DNA of 40,746 nucleotides from Perkinsus olseni (Eukaryota): NCBI GenBank assembly GCA_013115125.1, contig JABANN010000306.1, positions 1 to 40,746 of the forward strand, read 5' to 3'. Shown piece by piece: positions 21,504 to 34,300 of this stretch (position 1 is its first letter; each line of letters starts with the position of its first letter). The notes under the pieces were generated by a model. It saw only the letters and a program-made list of their open reading frames with translations, ran no database searches and was not told where the DNA came from. The position numbers and the translations under genes were made by a program.

Positions 21504-22395
21504 TTAGCGGCGCGTTGGCAAATCCATTGATAGAAGGGTCGTGCCTCTTCTCTTCGATCAGTTTCTTTTCAGCATCCCTCCTCTCAGCTTCCCATGGCGC
21601 CAGCTGCTGGGCCTTTTGGACTTTGTTAAGCTTGTTGAATTTCTTAATTCTCTCCAACAGGACCTAGCACACTAACATCACTCAGAACTCTCACCAAATA
21701 CCCCACCCTTGGCGGAACTCTGTCGTGTACAGTGTAGTCCATCTCATCTCTTGTGAACCCGAGATCCTAATGAAGGACAGTGACCCAAGGCTTGGTGGAA
21801 GACTTACCTTATCGAACAGCTTAGACGCGATTCCCCTCTTCAAGCTGTCAGTTGCCTGCTTGTTGTGGTAGGAGAGCTCATCAATGAGATCCTCGTGATC
21901 TCTCTGAACGTGTATGAAAACAGTGCGGGAAGCGTTGACGCATGAAGCGCTCACCAAGAAATCAGGGTCGTAGTCTTCCACTCTGTTTCCCAGGTACAGG
22001 CCAAAACGACTCACCTGAAGTTGTTATGGTAGTAGCCGGCGTGAAGGCCAGTCAAGAGCAAACCTACCTCCTCGGGCGTTAAGGGCCCTCTACTCGCTCT
22101 GAAGGGCTTTTTCCACTTTCTTTTTTCCTGAACAATAATGTCTTAGCCGCGATTCTAGCCGCGAGCCGACCTCATTCAGTCTGCTTATAATTACATCACT
22201 GTTGATAGGCTGCTGCTTGCTGGGCTCGAAGGGTTGAAAGCGGCTGATGCGCTCAGAAACGGCGACCTTGAAAAAGTCCATCATCGTACTTTGCGAAACT
22301 TCTCGCAACCTTACCCTGCCCCCTTCGCCACGAGCATGACTGAGTTGAACCAAGGTAGCCAGAGCGAAGAAGAGCGAAGGGTAACCGAACATCAT
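21504..22395 (-). CDS. Hypothetical secreted protein (multi-exon)
   Basis: Signal peptide MMFGYPSLFFALATLVQLSHA. GT-AG introns link exons such as VSRFGLYLGNRVEDYDPDFL and VLLERIKKFNKLNKVQK. Confidence 0.65.
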
Positions 22396-22579
22396 ATTTT
22401 GAAAATACAAATGAAAATAATCTTCTCAAGTCTTAAATCTCATCGTTGAGGAGTTAGGGGGATCCACGACGACGACTCTCCGTCATCATTCGACCACAGC
22501 ATCAGCAATTGCCTCCCATGATCAACCCAAGCAAGGGCAAGTTTAACACCACCAATTGAACATGAACACCGAGGTTGCT

Positions 22580-23194
22580 TACAGGCTCAAAACGGAGCCG
22601 AGATCACTCGGGCTCGCCTCTTGGCTCTCTTGCGCTGCGGATCGGCATCAGTCAACCGAGCTTCTGAATAATTCCCATCATGCTTCAGCCAATACTCTGC
22701 GACAGTCTACAACGAGCATGCCATAGAGAGCAGCTAAATCGCCATTCTTTACAGTCCCACCATGTTGAGCTCCTTAGCTCGGGCTACTATCTCACTGATC
22801 CGTGCGGTCGCTTCCCCGTAGGGGGCCTGACGAAAGGCTGGAACGGAATGACAGCGGGCGTAGGTCTACAGTCACACCGCCAGTTGAGAAACTTCGCTTC
22901 GGCCTCCTTCTCACAACGGCCTCCACCGGGTTCAGGTAAGCTGTGATAGGCTGGGGTGATGATGGAAAATGACAGTTCGAGCGTCTTGAGAACCCTCACT
23001 TTGTTTTCGGTCTCTGATCTGTTTCGGAGGCTCCTAATTTCGTCTTGCACCGTCACACTCTGACAGAAATAATGCCGTACCGCTCCTTCCGTAACGGAGA
23101 TGGCCGCCTGGGGTGAGCTCACCTGGAGGGCTACGGCGTCCGGCGAGGATAGAGCTGCGAGGATGACAGCGACCAGGACATGGGTGGAGAGCAT
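22580..23194 (-). CDS. Hypothetical secreted protein (3' end approximate)
   Basis: Signal peptide MLSTHVLVAVILAALSSPDAVA, followed by a CAG|gtgag donor. Confidence 0.55.
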
Positions 23195-23553
23195 AGTGCC
23201 GCTGGAAATGAGGACGACGAGGGGCTACTGAGAATCAGAAGGAGGAAGGCTGGCCCATGAAAGATTGAGCGGAGCGATGCATAATATTGAGTGTTGAGGT
23301 ATGGTGGTTAGGTATGCTGACGACACTACGGTGGTGGCTGACAGCCTGCTGTGAATGCAATGAGCTTTGAGGGGTCGGCTGCGAGGAGAGGCCTCTTCTA
23401 CCTCCTCTTCGGTCTTTGAGATGGTGCCTTTACCGTTAATTAACAACCCAAGGACTAGCCAGTACAGGCAGGCCGACATCGACAGAGCTGGGCAGTGCGA
23501 ACATGAGTATCCTCAGCATGAAGATGTTCTAAGATGTTCTTGATGGAGCGGAT

Positions 23554-24345
23554 TTACTCGAACCATCTCAGAAATGCGTCGTTTGGGTGATTCTCTCTAA
23601 AGAGAATAACAACACTGGACTGATTCGCCGAGCTTGAGCGAAGATAATGTACTTCTCTGTTTTTGGCTCCTTCGCCTTCCGCTTGACGGCCGTGTGAAGA
23701 TCCTCGCCGCTCTGTAGTGAGAGGACCGTAACAAATACAACGACTCTCCTCCTTCCAATACCATCTTTTCACCTCTTTATGCCGTTTTGCCGCTGCAGCG
23801 ATCGCCTCAGGCGGGGGGTCCCCTTTGTGCGTCAACCAATACTCTCGCGGAGTCTAAAGAGGAAACGACACTGTTGACGAGCGTAGGACGAGTGCTCCGC
23901 CACACTGAGCGTCTCTATCGCGATACGCGTACCTCAACTAAGTTACGAAGTGTTTAAGTTGAATTCTCTCATTGGTCTACTGTTAAAGTTCCTCAGCAAC
24001 TGGGCCTTGACGAGATCACTAAGGAGACCTACCATGTGGTAGCGATTCGCCCTGGCCAGCATGCTGCTCATGTCCTTGTCGAACCTCTCTTCGGTGGTCT
24101 CGAGAAGCTCGTCATCGTCCTCTCCCCGGCTGTCTTCTCCGTCCCCCGTGCTTTCCACTTCCGACGTTGTTAGCGGTGCCTTCTGAATGGAACAACCGCT
24201 ACACGAGGAACCAGTGAGCACGGGATTAGAGTGGCGTGCAGTAGAGGATGGCGTGCAGTAGAGTTACCTCATGAGAGCTCGCCAAGCTGCTGCTGGTGAA
24301 TGTGAGGAGACACATGAGTAGGGCCCAAAGGGAGAGGCTCGGCAT
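23554..24345 (-). CDS. Hypothetical secreted protein (multi-exon)
   Basis: Signal peptide MPSLSLWALLMCLLTFTSSSLA; acidic exon EVESTGDGEDSRGEDDDELLE; final ORF ends at 23554. Confidence 0.55.
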
Positions 24346-24734
24346 CGGGGATGGTTTAAAATTAGGCAACTGCCTCGCGCAAGGGAGTCCTCGGGAAAAC
24401 GTAGTTTCCCGTGTGTTGCCGCAGGGAAGGACACGAAAAGACAAGCGAAGTTTCCTATACACGCTGTTGCTGTTGTTAATGATGATGATGACCAGGGCAA
24501 TGCTGCGGCGATGGTGTCCCAATAACTCGGTCGAAGTGACCGCCAATGGCCACCAGAAGCCTAGTAGAAGCTATTGATGGAGGTGATGCGAAGATAGGGC
24601 CGGGGCGGAGATGAACTCAAACTTTCAGCACTAACGACATCACACTACAATAACAAAAACATGGAACTGCTTAATATCGGCAGTACACGGGAAGTGAAAG
24701 ATTTGACACACGCACAGCGAAGAATATCCCCTCC

Positions 24735-25399
24735 TCAGAACCTGGTGTCTTTCGTAAGGGGTTCACCGGAAGGAGGTGGTGGTGGAGCGCGCTTTTTCTT
24801 CTCGATGTTCACGGCGAGGCGACCATCAAGATAGCTCTGCAGGCCCCCGATGCCACCCGTAGGGTATTTCCTTTGAAGCCTGGCTCGCCTCTCCATCTCC
24901 TCTTTCCTCTCCGCTTCGGTCATTTGGCTCCACTCTTCCTCTTTCTCCTCCTCAACCTGCGAGATGGCAAGTTAGCGAAGGCTACGACAGAGTCAAAACG
25001 TCAGATACCCACCTCAGGGAAGAGGTTATTCAGGGCTCTATTCATCTGCTGCCCCTGACTCACTCTCTTCGCCTAAGAAAACAAACCAATTGATCTGGAG
25101 ATGAGAGAATGGCGATTGACCCTCTTTACCACAGTCCCGGTGACCTTGCCCGCCTGAAGAAGCAGCACAGAAATGGCCACAAGCGAGGGCGAGCGTAAAC
25201 CACGTACGCTCTTCCTGTCAAACTGCTTCTGCACGTGCTCCAGCTGCGCCTTCAACGCCGCCTCCTCCGGATCTTCCTTCTTGGCATTGTCGTAGTCCGG
25301 CTTGGGTTCAGGAGCAGGGGGCCCAGTAGTCTGCAGACGACATAACTCTTCCAACGAAGAGGATCGTGTCCCTCCAACTCACACTGATGGGCTCGACAT
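24735..25399 (-). CDS. Small charged/coiled-coil hypothetical protein (multi-exon)
   Basis: Exons PAPEPKPDYDNAKKEDPEEAALKAQLEHVQKQFDRKS and MTEAERKEEMERRARLQRKYPTGG...KDTRF*, with canonical splice sites. Confidence 0.65.
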
Positions 25400-25696
25400 C
25401 ATCGTAGTCTGGCCTAGGTTCCCTGGGAGCTCTCGCTTTCCTCCTCACAGCCTGAGGAAGCAGCAGTTGCGTGAGGGTGACAATATAAATTTAGGTGCAC
25501 TGGCTGCTGCATACCACAATCGAACCGTGTGATTACTAGCCTCATCATACTAACGTCCCGCCGTTTACTACACCTCTCTCGACTTCTAATTTTATCCGTA
25601 TCTTCATCATACTAGCGTACTACCACTCTCTCAACTACTCCCAATTTGACCTGCTCTATGTCGGTCACTATGAGCCCGATCGACTTGCGTTGCGTT

Positions 25697-25717
25697 CTAC
25701 TACTACTACTACTACTA
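25697..25717. repeat. (CTA)7 microsatellite
   Basis: Read directly from the sequence. Confidence 0.9.
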
Positions 25718-26124
25718 CCACGAGATAGTGCCCAGGCCACTCACCTGCAGGGCTGAGGCTTCCAGAAAGGCGATGGCGGCGGCGAGGATGGCGGTGGCTG
25801 CGGCACGGTTGAACTTCATTTTTTACGCGAAGGAGGGATAGGTAAAGTCGTCTGAATCGCAAGGAGCTCGAGAGGACCCTCCCTAAGTGGCTGAGGGGAG
25901 AGGGGGTAAAAAGACATCAACAGCGGCGGAGCGATGCAGATTGACAAGTCGAACATGAGAATGGGTCAGTGACATCGACTTGACGGTAAGAACAGCATGA
26001 TGGACAACAACACATGGACAACACAGACAGGACTACGCACAGCTCACAACGACGGACGGGTAGCTGGCCTTCTTGCGGCGGAGGAAAGAGGCTTCCCGCT
26101 TTCAACGTATGCCCTTAATCAGAG

Positions 26125-29100
26125 CTAATGGTATCGCCTGTTGGCCGCCGCCCTCGGGACTTCCATTGCGCCACTTCTTGACTTCATCTGAGACACAAAA
26201 CAGAAAAGTCCCCGACCGCCTCCGATTGCGCGTCATCTACCTTGGCCCACAACGATTGCTTCTTATGTAACTGAGGGAAGAGCGCATGGAGTCCCCACAG
26301 GTCGAACAGAGTGACCTACTTCGAGAGCCCGGAAGGCGCTGTTGGGGATGTCTTCGGCGAATTTCAACTGGACGTTCATCACTGGAGCGATCTTCTTACT
26401 GTATTGAACCTTTACTTTACCCCAGGCGAAGCGGCGACTCTTCGTCATCCAGGTGCCTTTAATTATCTACAAAGGACCGCTGTTAGGCCATAAAAAATTC
26501 CTAAAGATTTTCTTCTCTTTCTCCTTTAAAGAAGGATATGGCAAATAGTGAGCACTGCCACTGGCAACCTCGAGTAGGTCGGACGATGAACGGCGGTCCC
26601 TATCGAGAATCCCTCCGTCGCCCCCCCCCCCCCGTCGCTCTCGGCCCAGGCCTTCTACGTCCCTCACTTTAGCATAGTATAACTTGTTCTTCCTCGTCGG
26701 AGCGAACACATTAGAGAGTATCGTTCCGTCCTCCCTCAGCCATCCCTCCATCTCTAATCCCTTCCTCGGCGAGGCCAGCCCGAGCTCCTTGCTCATCGCC
26801 TCTAGCTGCCTTCGAGGAATGGACGTTGACTTCGCTATCGTCACCAACACCTTCACCGATCACGATTCTACACGAGATCATCTTCGTGCTCTCACCCTCG
26901 TTTGCTTGCCAATGAACTTTCTGGTCGGATCTAGACCGTAAACGCGGGGAGGGGCGGCCTGAAGCGATTACGGTGTTATTAGAAAAACTGGTGACAATAT
27001 GACCTTGATGGTGCCGAATACCTGAACAGGGGATGGTCAGAAGGACGCAACCATGCCACATTTTTTCTCACTTTGCCAGTCTTCCTGGCAGCCCTCTCAA
27101 GGAGAGTCTTCTTCCGTATCTGACGATGCGAAGTCGTCACCATCAACCCGACAGGTCGGAGAGGTTAGCCCCTCGCAAACAGAAGGAAGGTAATTTTCAC
27201 CGAGACCAACTCCACTGCTATTACCCCTAGAAAGGCCAAAGCGTCATCCGGCACTTCATCATTGGGGAACTGTAGGTTGACTTGCACGACCGGTTGGGCG
27301 TCTCCGTAATGCACTTGCACTTTCCCAAATGCCTGGCTTCCCTTGTACAGCCATGAGCCCCAGATAATCTTAATCTCGGGATTCGACAAGAGGCTCCTCT
27401 TGTCACTCAGCCGAGGGAAGAGGTGGGTCTCGATGATACCGTCCCCCCTCAAGATGGCCCCTCGAGTGGCGTGTGGGTCCAGGCCTTTGTCGAGGAGGGC
27501 CTTGGGAATGCTCTGGTGAGGATCGAGCTCGATCATAACCTGCAAGGCGGTGGAATCCCATCAAAGCTGATGGAGGCACTCACATTGTAACGCTTGCCTC
27601 GGTACCTCTCATTAAGATCAGGGAAAGATTCCGTTTCAGTGACCTAATGCGCAGGCGTGCTTGGCCATACCAACTTTTCCGCAACTCGTCTTACCCCTAG
27701 GATACTCAGCACCTCCCGCGACAGGTCGGCGCCTCTGTGCTGCTTCTTAAACTTAACTTGGGCTTCGATCGCATACGTCTTGGCGAGGTGAGGGAAGTTG
27801 ACCATCAGCGATCCGCTGGCCACATTCCCAACCGTTAACCAATTCCCTCCCCTCACCGTCACTCTCGACGGATGCCTTTTGCTCTCCTTCCACAACTTGC
27901 TGCACTTCAGGTCGCCGGTCGGCCTCAACCGGCACCCGACGTTGTCGTTGATGAGAGGGACAAGGCCGTAGTAGCGGAGGTCGGTGGGGATGTAGGCGTC
28001 CTTTGGGATGATGACGGTGACCTTGAACCCACGAAGGTTCGATCCCCGGCGAAGGCAATTTCCCCATAACTACCTTCTGCTTGTCCACTGGACGCTGCTC
28101 GACCTGAAAAGAAGCAACTCCCTCGACAGCCCAGCCCGCCCGATCCACCTTCGGGGCTTCCTCGTCGTCGTCGTCCTCGTCAATGAACAGCCCCGCCGTG
28201 ACCCCTCCCGAACTTTCGCCCTCCTCTGTCTCGATGCCATCACCATCACCAGCAGGCGGGCATGCTATTTCATCACTTGGTATACACGGTTCCTGGTATG
28301 AAGCAAAGACAGGAAGAGGGCATGTGATAGTGGCAGTCACCTCAGCATCCAGTACTGCAGTGGAGCGGCCTTTGTTGTTTTCTCCCTCCCCTCCTCCGCC
28401 AGGCTCATCATCATCCCCCTCACCAAGCACCGAAACTGTCGAGTCGTCATCATCCTCATCATCATCATCGTCCTCATCCTGTCTCTCCTATAAACAAAGC
28501 GAATCTTCCCTCAATCAACCTCACGCCGCTCATCACATCATCCAAGTTCTCCCTCAGTTCCTCCTGACTCTCGTCCACGTCGAGACCATCATTCTGGGCG
28601 TCCACCGACTCATCAGTAAAGGGAGACTCGGAAGCCTGATAACGACGAAGTCGCAGCATGGCTGTCAACAATGCCCTCACCGAGCCCGTGTAGGAGGCCG
28701 CAGAATAATCACCTCCGTCCTGACCAGAGACGCCATCATCTCACCGCCTACCCTCGTCCTCTCTTACTGTCAACCCCTCATCACCTATATCGCCGGACCT
28801 CCTAAACGCCTTCGATAATGAACCAACCTGATCTATCCATGACCAGCATCAACCTAAGATTCCTCCCACTTGGTTATCCTCCCAAGGGAAGTCTTCCCCA
28901 GCCGCCATCATGTCCTCCTGAAGACAGCGATGATACCACCAGCACCGCCGCCGCCGCCTCGACCACCACCCTCACATGCAGGAGTGCGAACGGCGAAAGG
29001 ATCTCCATGGCTTCCCGACACGACATCGACCTGCCGCCACCGGCCCTGTGTACTATAGTAAATTTGATATCACGGTCCTCGAAGACACCAACTGAAGCAG

Positions 29101-30939
29101 GAAGAATCTTTCGACCGTTTCAGCGTCATCACTACGAGATCGGGATCTGCTCCCTCTTTTGCTGCCGTCATCATAGCAGGCGTTGGCGAGTACATGTAGC
29201 TTGGATATTTGGTGGACTTTACCGCCACCCTGAAGGGACCGTCCGGCAAGTTCGAGAGGGGATCCTTCACTACTTTGACGGCGCTCCTCACGCCAATGGT
29301 CTCCTCGTGAGCCGTGTACCAGTCGACCTAAGAGATGCGTCGAGGCAGTCCCAAACGCCGCTTCGGGCGCATACAACCACCCCCACTATGACTCTTGCTG
29401 GTACGTCTCAATCACCACCCTACCGCGCCTTCAAACCATCCACAGCGGACGCAACGGCCGAAGGTTTGATATTCCCATTCTCAAACTGAGTTGTGCGTTC
29501 CAGTTGGCGAGGACCGAGTAGAGATCACCGTAGTGCAGCGTCACTGACTCAGGATTGTGTTTAAGGGAAAGCGAGGGCTAATCAATGTGACGATCTGTGA
29601 CTGAGATTGGTTGCTGTTCCAAGTTCCTTGCACGACTGTCCTTTGCCCAGTAAGAGTTGTAATTTTGCGCCAATCGACTCCTTCGGTTACATCACAGCGT
29701 TACATCACACATAATCCCCACGACGAGAGCTCACCTCGAACGACTGCTTCTTCCTGCCCAGATCTGGCACTGCCTCCTCGAGCTGAACAGAGAGGATCAC
29801 CCCGTGGCACTAGCTGGGCGCTGCGTCTCACTTCGATACTCAGGCCCATCCCTTGCAGGTTGATCTGAAGGAAATGGATACAGCAGGATGGCGAATAGAC
29901 CGTGGCGAGATCGTCTACCTTCTCATCCTCGGATTTCCACCACGGCTTGCCCGCCTCCATCAACCACCGCTTTGAAGCCGCAGGGATCTCCACATCACTT
30001 CTTCCCGAATACTCCTAAGATGATTTTGCAAATGACCAGCTTCGACCTCGGATACTCCGGTAGTCTTACGTGATACAGATTGAAGAGTGTCGTGAAATGG
30101 GATACAAAGAGACGCTTGCCCAGATCTGTCTTCTCGTAAGTAGTGTCCAGCTCAACTCCAATGTCGTCCTTCTCGTACACCTGCCCCTCGACGTAAATAA
30201 CGTACTTGTCCTCCTCCCTGCTGTAGCCGGCGAGCGGCGGCGAGGTCACTTTCATACGGCACAGATGTATCTAGAAGACGCCCCCTTTCGACCGTGCTTC
30301 ACTATCGGCTTACTTGGGCTCTATCCTCGACTGTGGTCGGGGCAGAAGTGACAGGCAGGCCACACGCCTCCTGGGCAGCTCGAATCTGAGAGGCGCGATG
30401 AAGGGACGTGGTTCAGTCGCCTCTGACGGAAGAGATCTTTCCGACAGGAACAACGCCATTCTTCCACGAGAGTAATCAACGGTCTTCAAGAGACGACAAG
30501 GACAGTGCCATGACTTCACACAGCCGCCGCGGTCGTAACAATCGCAGCCCTCGATCGCTCTCAAGCCGCACGCCGAAGGAAATCAGCCACCCAGAGGCAC
30601 CCCACAGCCCCACCTGGTCGCCCCTATGCTCCACCGCATATGACGACGGCATCCTCACCTAAGATGCAGCAGAAAATTGTTCCATCATCGGGCGAGCGCT
30701 ACTTACAACGACGTTCTCTGGATAGCTCTGAGCGTCATCCCATTCCTGGACCACAATGTCGACCCCGGCGTCCTTGATCCTCAGGTGACGTTGGAAAGTC
30801 TCGTGGCCCTCTGGTCTGACGTCGGCGCTTCCCAGTACCTGTCGGGAGTGGACGAAATGGCTTCAATCACAGATGGTGTTGAAGCTACCAAGACTGTGGA
30901 GCTCAGGAGGCAGAGGGCGGCGAGAAAGAGGCGTAGCAT
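26125..30939 (-). CDS. Large secreted protein B: signal peptide, shared N-terminal region, acidic linker and three C-terminal ~110-aa repeats (multi-exon; could be two genes)
   Basis: MLRLFLAALCLLSSTVL|VLGS..FQRHLRIKDAGVDIVVQEWDDAQSYP; KRLFVSHFTTLFNLYH; INLQGMGLSIEV; repeats ending LSILGV, LAFLGV and FRALE. Confidence 0.6.
28022..28073 (-). other. 52-nt intron carrying an antisense tRNA 3' end (28036-28057 on +)
   Basis: GTAGTT...CCTTCGCCGGGGATCGAACC...TTCAAG. Removal joins VEQRPVDKQK|VTVIIPKDAY in frame. Confidence 0.8.
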
Positions 30940-31356
30940 GAGATAGATGACAGACAGCGATGACCGCCGAGGACGGGTGAGGGCAGGGTTCGGCAACTCG
31001 ACACCGTCCGTACAACAAGTTGGGTGGTGATTATTTTCACGGGAAGCATGTTGTCCAGCTGCCACGCACAAGTCAGGTTGAAAAAGGAATTGGTGAAGTA
31101 GAGTTGCAGGTAGTTGCAGAAAAATTATTTGGCAGAAGCAGTAGAATGACAGCAGTAGAATGACGAGATCGCTGCGAAGGGCGTCCCTGAGAGGAGAACC
31201 AACTCCTAAAGACACAACGACACGACGATGGAATCGGGCTGCGGCTCTCCCGATTTAGACAGAGCCCGCCCAGATGTCGAAGATGTTGTTAGGATTCCCT
31301 ATTTTATACAATTGAGAACCTTGAGTGTGGGTCCACTGTGCGCAGATGAGGTCACC

Positions 31357-34300
31357 TTATTCGTCAAAGGAGAACACAAGATTGCCGTCGCTGTCGACGC
31401 TCCCTGCATTGTCGCCGAACATGCCCATCAGGTTCTGAAAACACAGGTCAGAGTCCGGAGCACCGGTACAACAGAAGATTGATACCCAACTCACCTCATC
31501 ACTGTCATCATCATTAAAATCATCGTCAACAACCGACGAGTTCGACAGACTCGCCTTCCCCTCCTGCGGAGGCAGACGACCTTCCGACTGACCCGTCCGC
31601 GGCCGCCCTACCTCAGATATGTCGGACTCCTGCTCCTCTTCGAACTCATCATCGTCCTCGCCCGTGTCATCAGTGGAGTTTTCGTCCACCAGTGCCTCGA
31701 TTTGACCGACTCCTATCATTTCCCCTTCCTCCTCTTCCTCATCATAATCGTCATCATCGCCTCTCTCGTTGGTCTGCAGAGGAAGTCACTCAAACCACAG
31801 AAGTCAAGATATTTTCTGATGGGGGCAGTCCGCTGCCGGCAGTCTACCCCTCACGCCGCCGCTGCTCCTGTAGCCGTCGTCGTCCCCACTCACCAGTGAC
31901 TCATCACCACCCTCATTTATCATCAAAGAATCGTCATCATCGTCATCAATCCTCCGTTGCTCCACAGCTCCCTCCTGTACGAGAACGACTCCCCCGCATC
32001 CCCGCAGTCATCTGTGAAACAGCACCCACCAAGGGCACAGGCGGCTGGCGCTCGATAGCTCCATCGTCGTCGTCGTCGTCGTCGTCGTCCTCTATTTCTC
32101 GCTCGGTCCTTTCCGTAATCACAGGCGAAACGGCCTGGAACGGAAAAAATGGTGAAAATTTATTAAAGCCGTCCGGGACCTCACCTGTTTCGAAATTGCC
32201 GCCAGGTCATGGCCCTGAAAGGAATAGTTACCAAAGTACGCACCGCAAAGATTTGCACGCACCTTAAAGATTCCCTCAAAGATACTCCTAGGCGTATGAG
32301 GGAACTGCAGCGTGACGATGAACTCCTTGAACTTCTTCTTATCCTTCCAAATTCTCACAGGCCCGGTGGCGCTGTGGTCAGTCACTTGCCACCTCGCCGG
32401 CTCCGATGCCACCACAACCCGAGGGCGCATCTTCCCCTCACGCAAGACGACATCAGTTTGGATGTTTCCGTCAGAATCGATTTTAGACGGGGTCGCCAGG
32501 TCGGTCTTCAAGAAATATTTTTTGACCTTCTTCTCATCACCAAGTGCCTTCTTAGCGTTCTTCTTAGTCACTTTAAAGTTGACCTGATTTTCATCATTAA
32601 CAGCGGAGCGAAGCGCAGCAAGCTGACATCATAGGTCGTCTTGGGGCGAGCTGGGGCTACAGCACGAACAGCATCAGCCGGTGCCACCTGAAGAGCCGTA
32701 CAAGGACACGAGTGAGCCCACCCTTCCGACCTCGATGTTCGCCCCAGCCGAGTGACCGTCGTGGGAGGCTACGCCGAAGGTCGCTTCCTCCTCGACAGCA
32801 AGAGGTACCTGACCTCGAGATCCCGGGTTCGATCCCCGGTAGCGGCTTCTTCACTCCCAATGCGCGTCGTAGTTGGTTCAACGTAGCAGTGTCGGCGCCC
32901 TCAACCTCCAACTTCACTTCCTGCTGCAGGGCAGCCTTCTTGCCGTACGTAACCTTCACGTTGCCAGTAAAAGTCCTGAACGAGCACGTGGAAGTCATAA
33001 CGCGGCGGCGGCACAAAGCTCTTACTCCTTGCCCGTAGATCCCCCGCTGAATTCCTTCCATGAGCCAGGGACGACCTTAACCGCGCCGGGACGATGAGGG
33101 AAGAGGTCGGTGGTGATGGTGCCCTTCTTGAAGTCGATCTTAGCGTCCTTCTGTACACCCCTCTTGGGTGTTGCCTTCCGGGCGGCAAAGCCACGGTTGA
33201 CTTTGGCCATTGCCCCGATGGAGATGTGGGCCTGCAAGGAGGAGGTCAGCGGGATGGGAAGGTTGCCGCCGAGATCCACTTTAAATTTTTTGGGCGCTTC
33301 ACGTGCAGGGCTGGTCGCTCCGCCACGCTTGTGCTGAGAAAAGGGAGATATACGAAGAATCTTAGGTCGACCCTTACAAGATTCGCGTCGAGGTTGAAAA
33401 GATCTCCAACACCCTCAATGATATCATCCTGAAGTAAGGAAGCCATCCCCCGATCGACATGCTGGTCTGTGCTCACCTCGAAGTGCACGAACGAGCTGAT
33501 CGTCTCAATGGCGTCGCGACAGCTGCCGAAGTCACTGGTCGTTTGGTCAAAGACGATGCTGTACTTGACATCCCTCTTCTTAAGGAACCCGCCTGTCCGG
33601 GCACCTCAGCGACACCGCCAGTGGCGGTCCGCCACCCTGCCGACTTACGAGCTCTGCTAGAGAACAGGCCGGCCTCTTCCTCGCGCTTGCACGCCCCTCG
33701 CTCCATCACAACGTTGGACACTTGCACCACTTCCCCCTGCAACGGTGCTGCTCAATAGTGGCGATCTATCCCCCCGCCTTACCTTGTCGTCTTTGCACGC
33801 CAGGATTTTATCGTCAGGCTGATACCACAACACGCCCAACTTCTTCCCTCTCACGCTCGCTGCCGAACCGCGGTCGTTGAACTTATAAACGAAAAGACCT
33901 GCAACTTCCCTGGTCTCCCCCTCCCCTACCTCCACAGTCAGGCCGCTGTTGCTGAGATCGATCTGAAAGGGACAGCCATCATCAACCTCACCCTCGAATC
34001 GAGGGCCTCGATCGCCTCACATGCTTCGTCTTCTGATTATACCCAGCCCTCCTCAAAACCTCATCGTACTCCTTCGGGATCGGCATCTTCTTCTTGTTTT
34101 TGCCCTTCTTCAACTAAATCAACAGCGGAGCGAAGCTCACCAAAGGCCCGGCCCTCCCGACCTTACATGGTAGGCGTTCCACAGATCAACGAAATGCGAC
34201 ACAAACTCCCTCTGGCCGCCGGCCGCAGCGTAGTGGTACGTCAGGCGAACGCTCGGTGCACCTCCGCTGCCCCGTCTCTTCTTCTTTTCCGTTATCGCCG

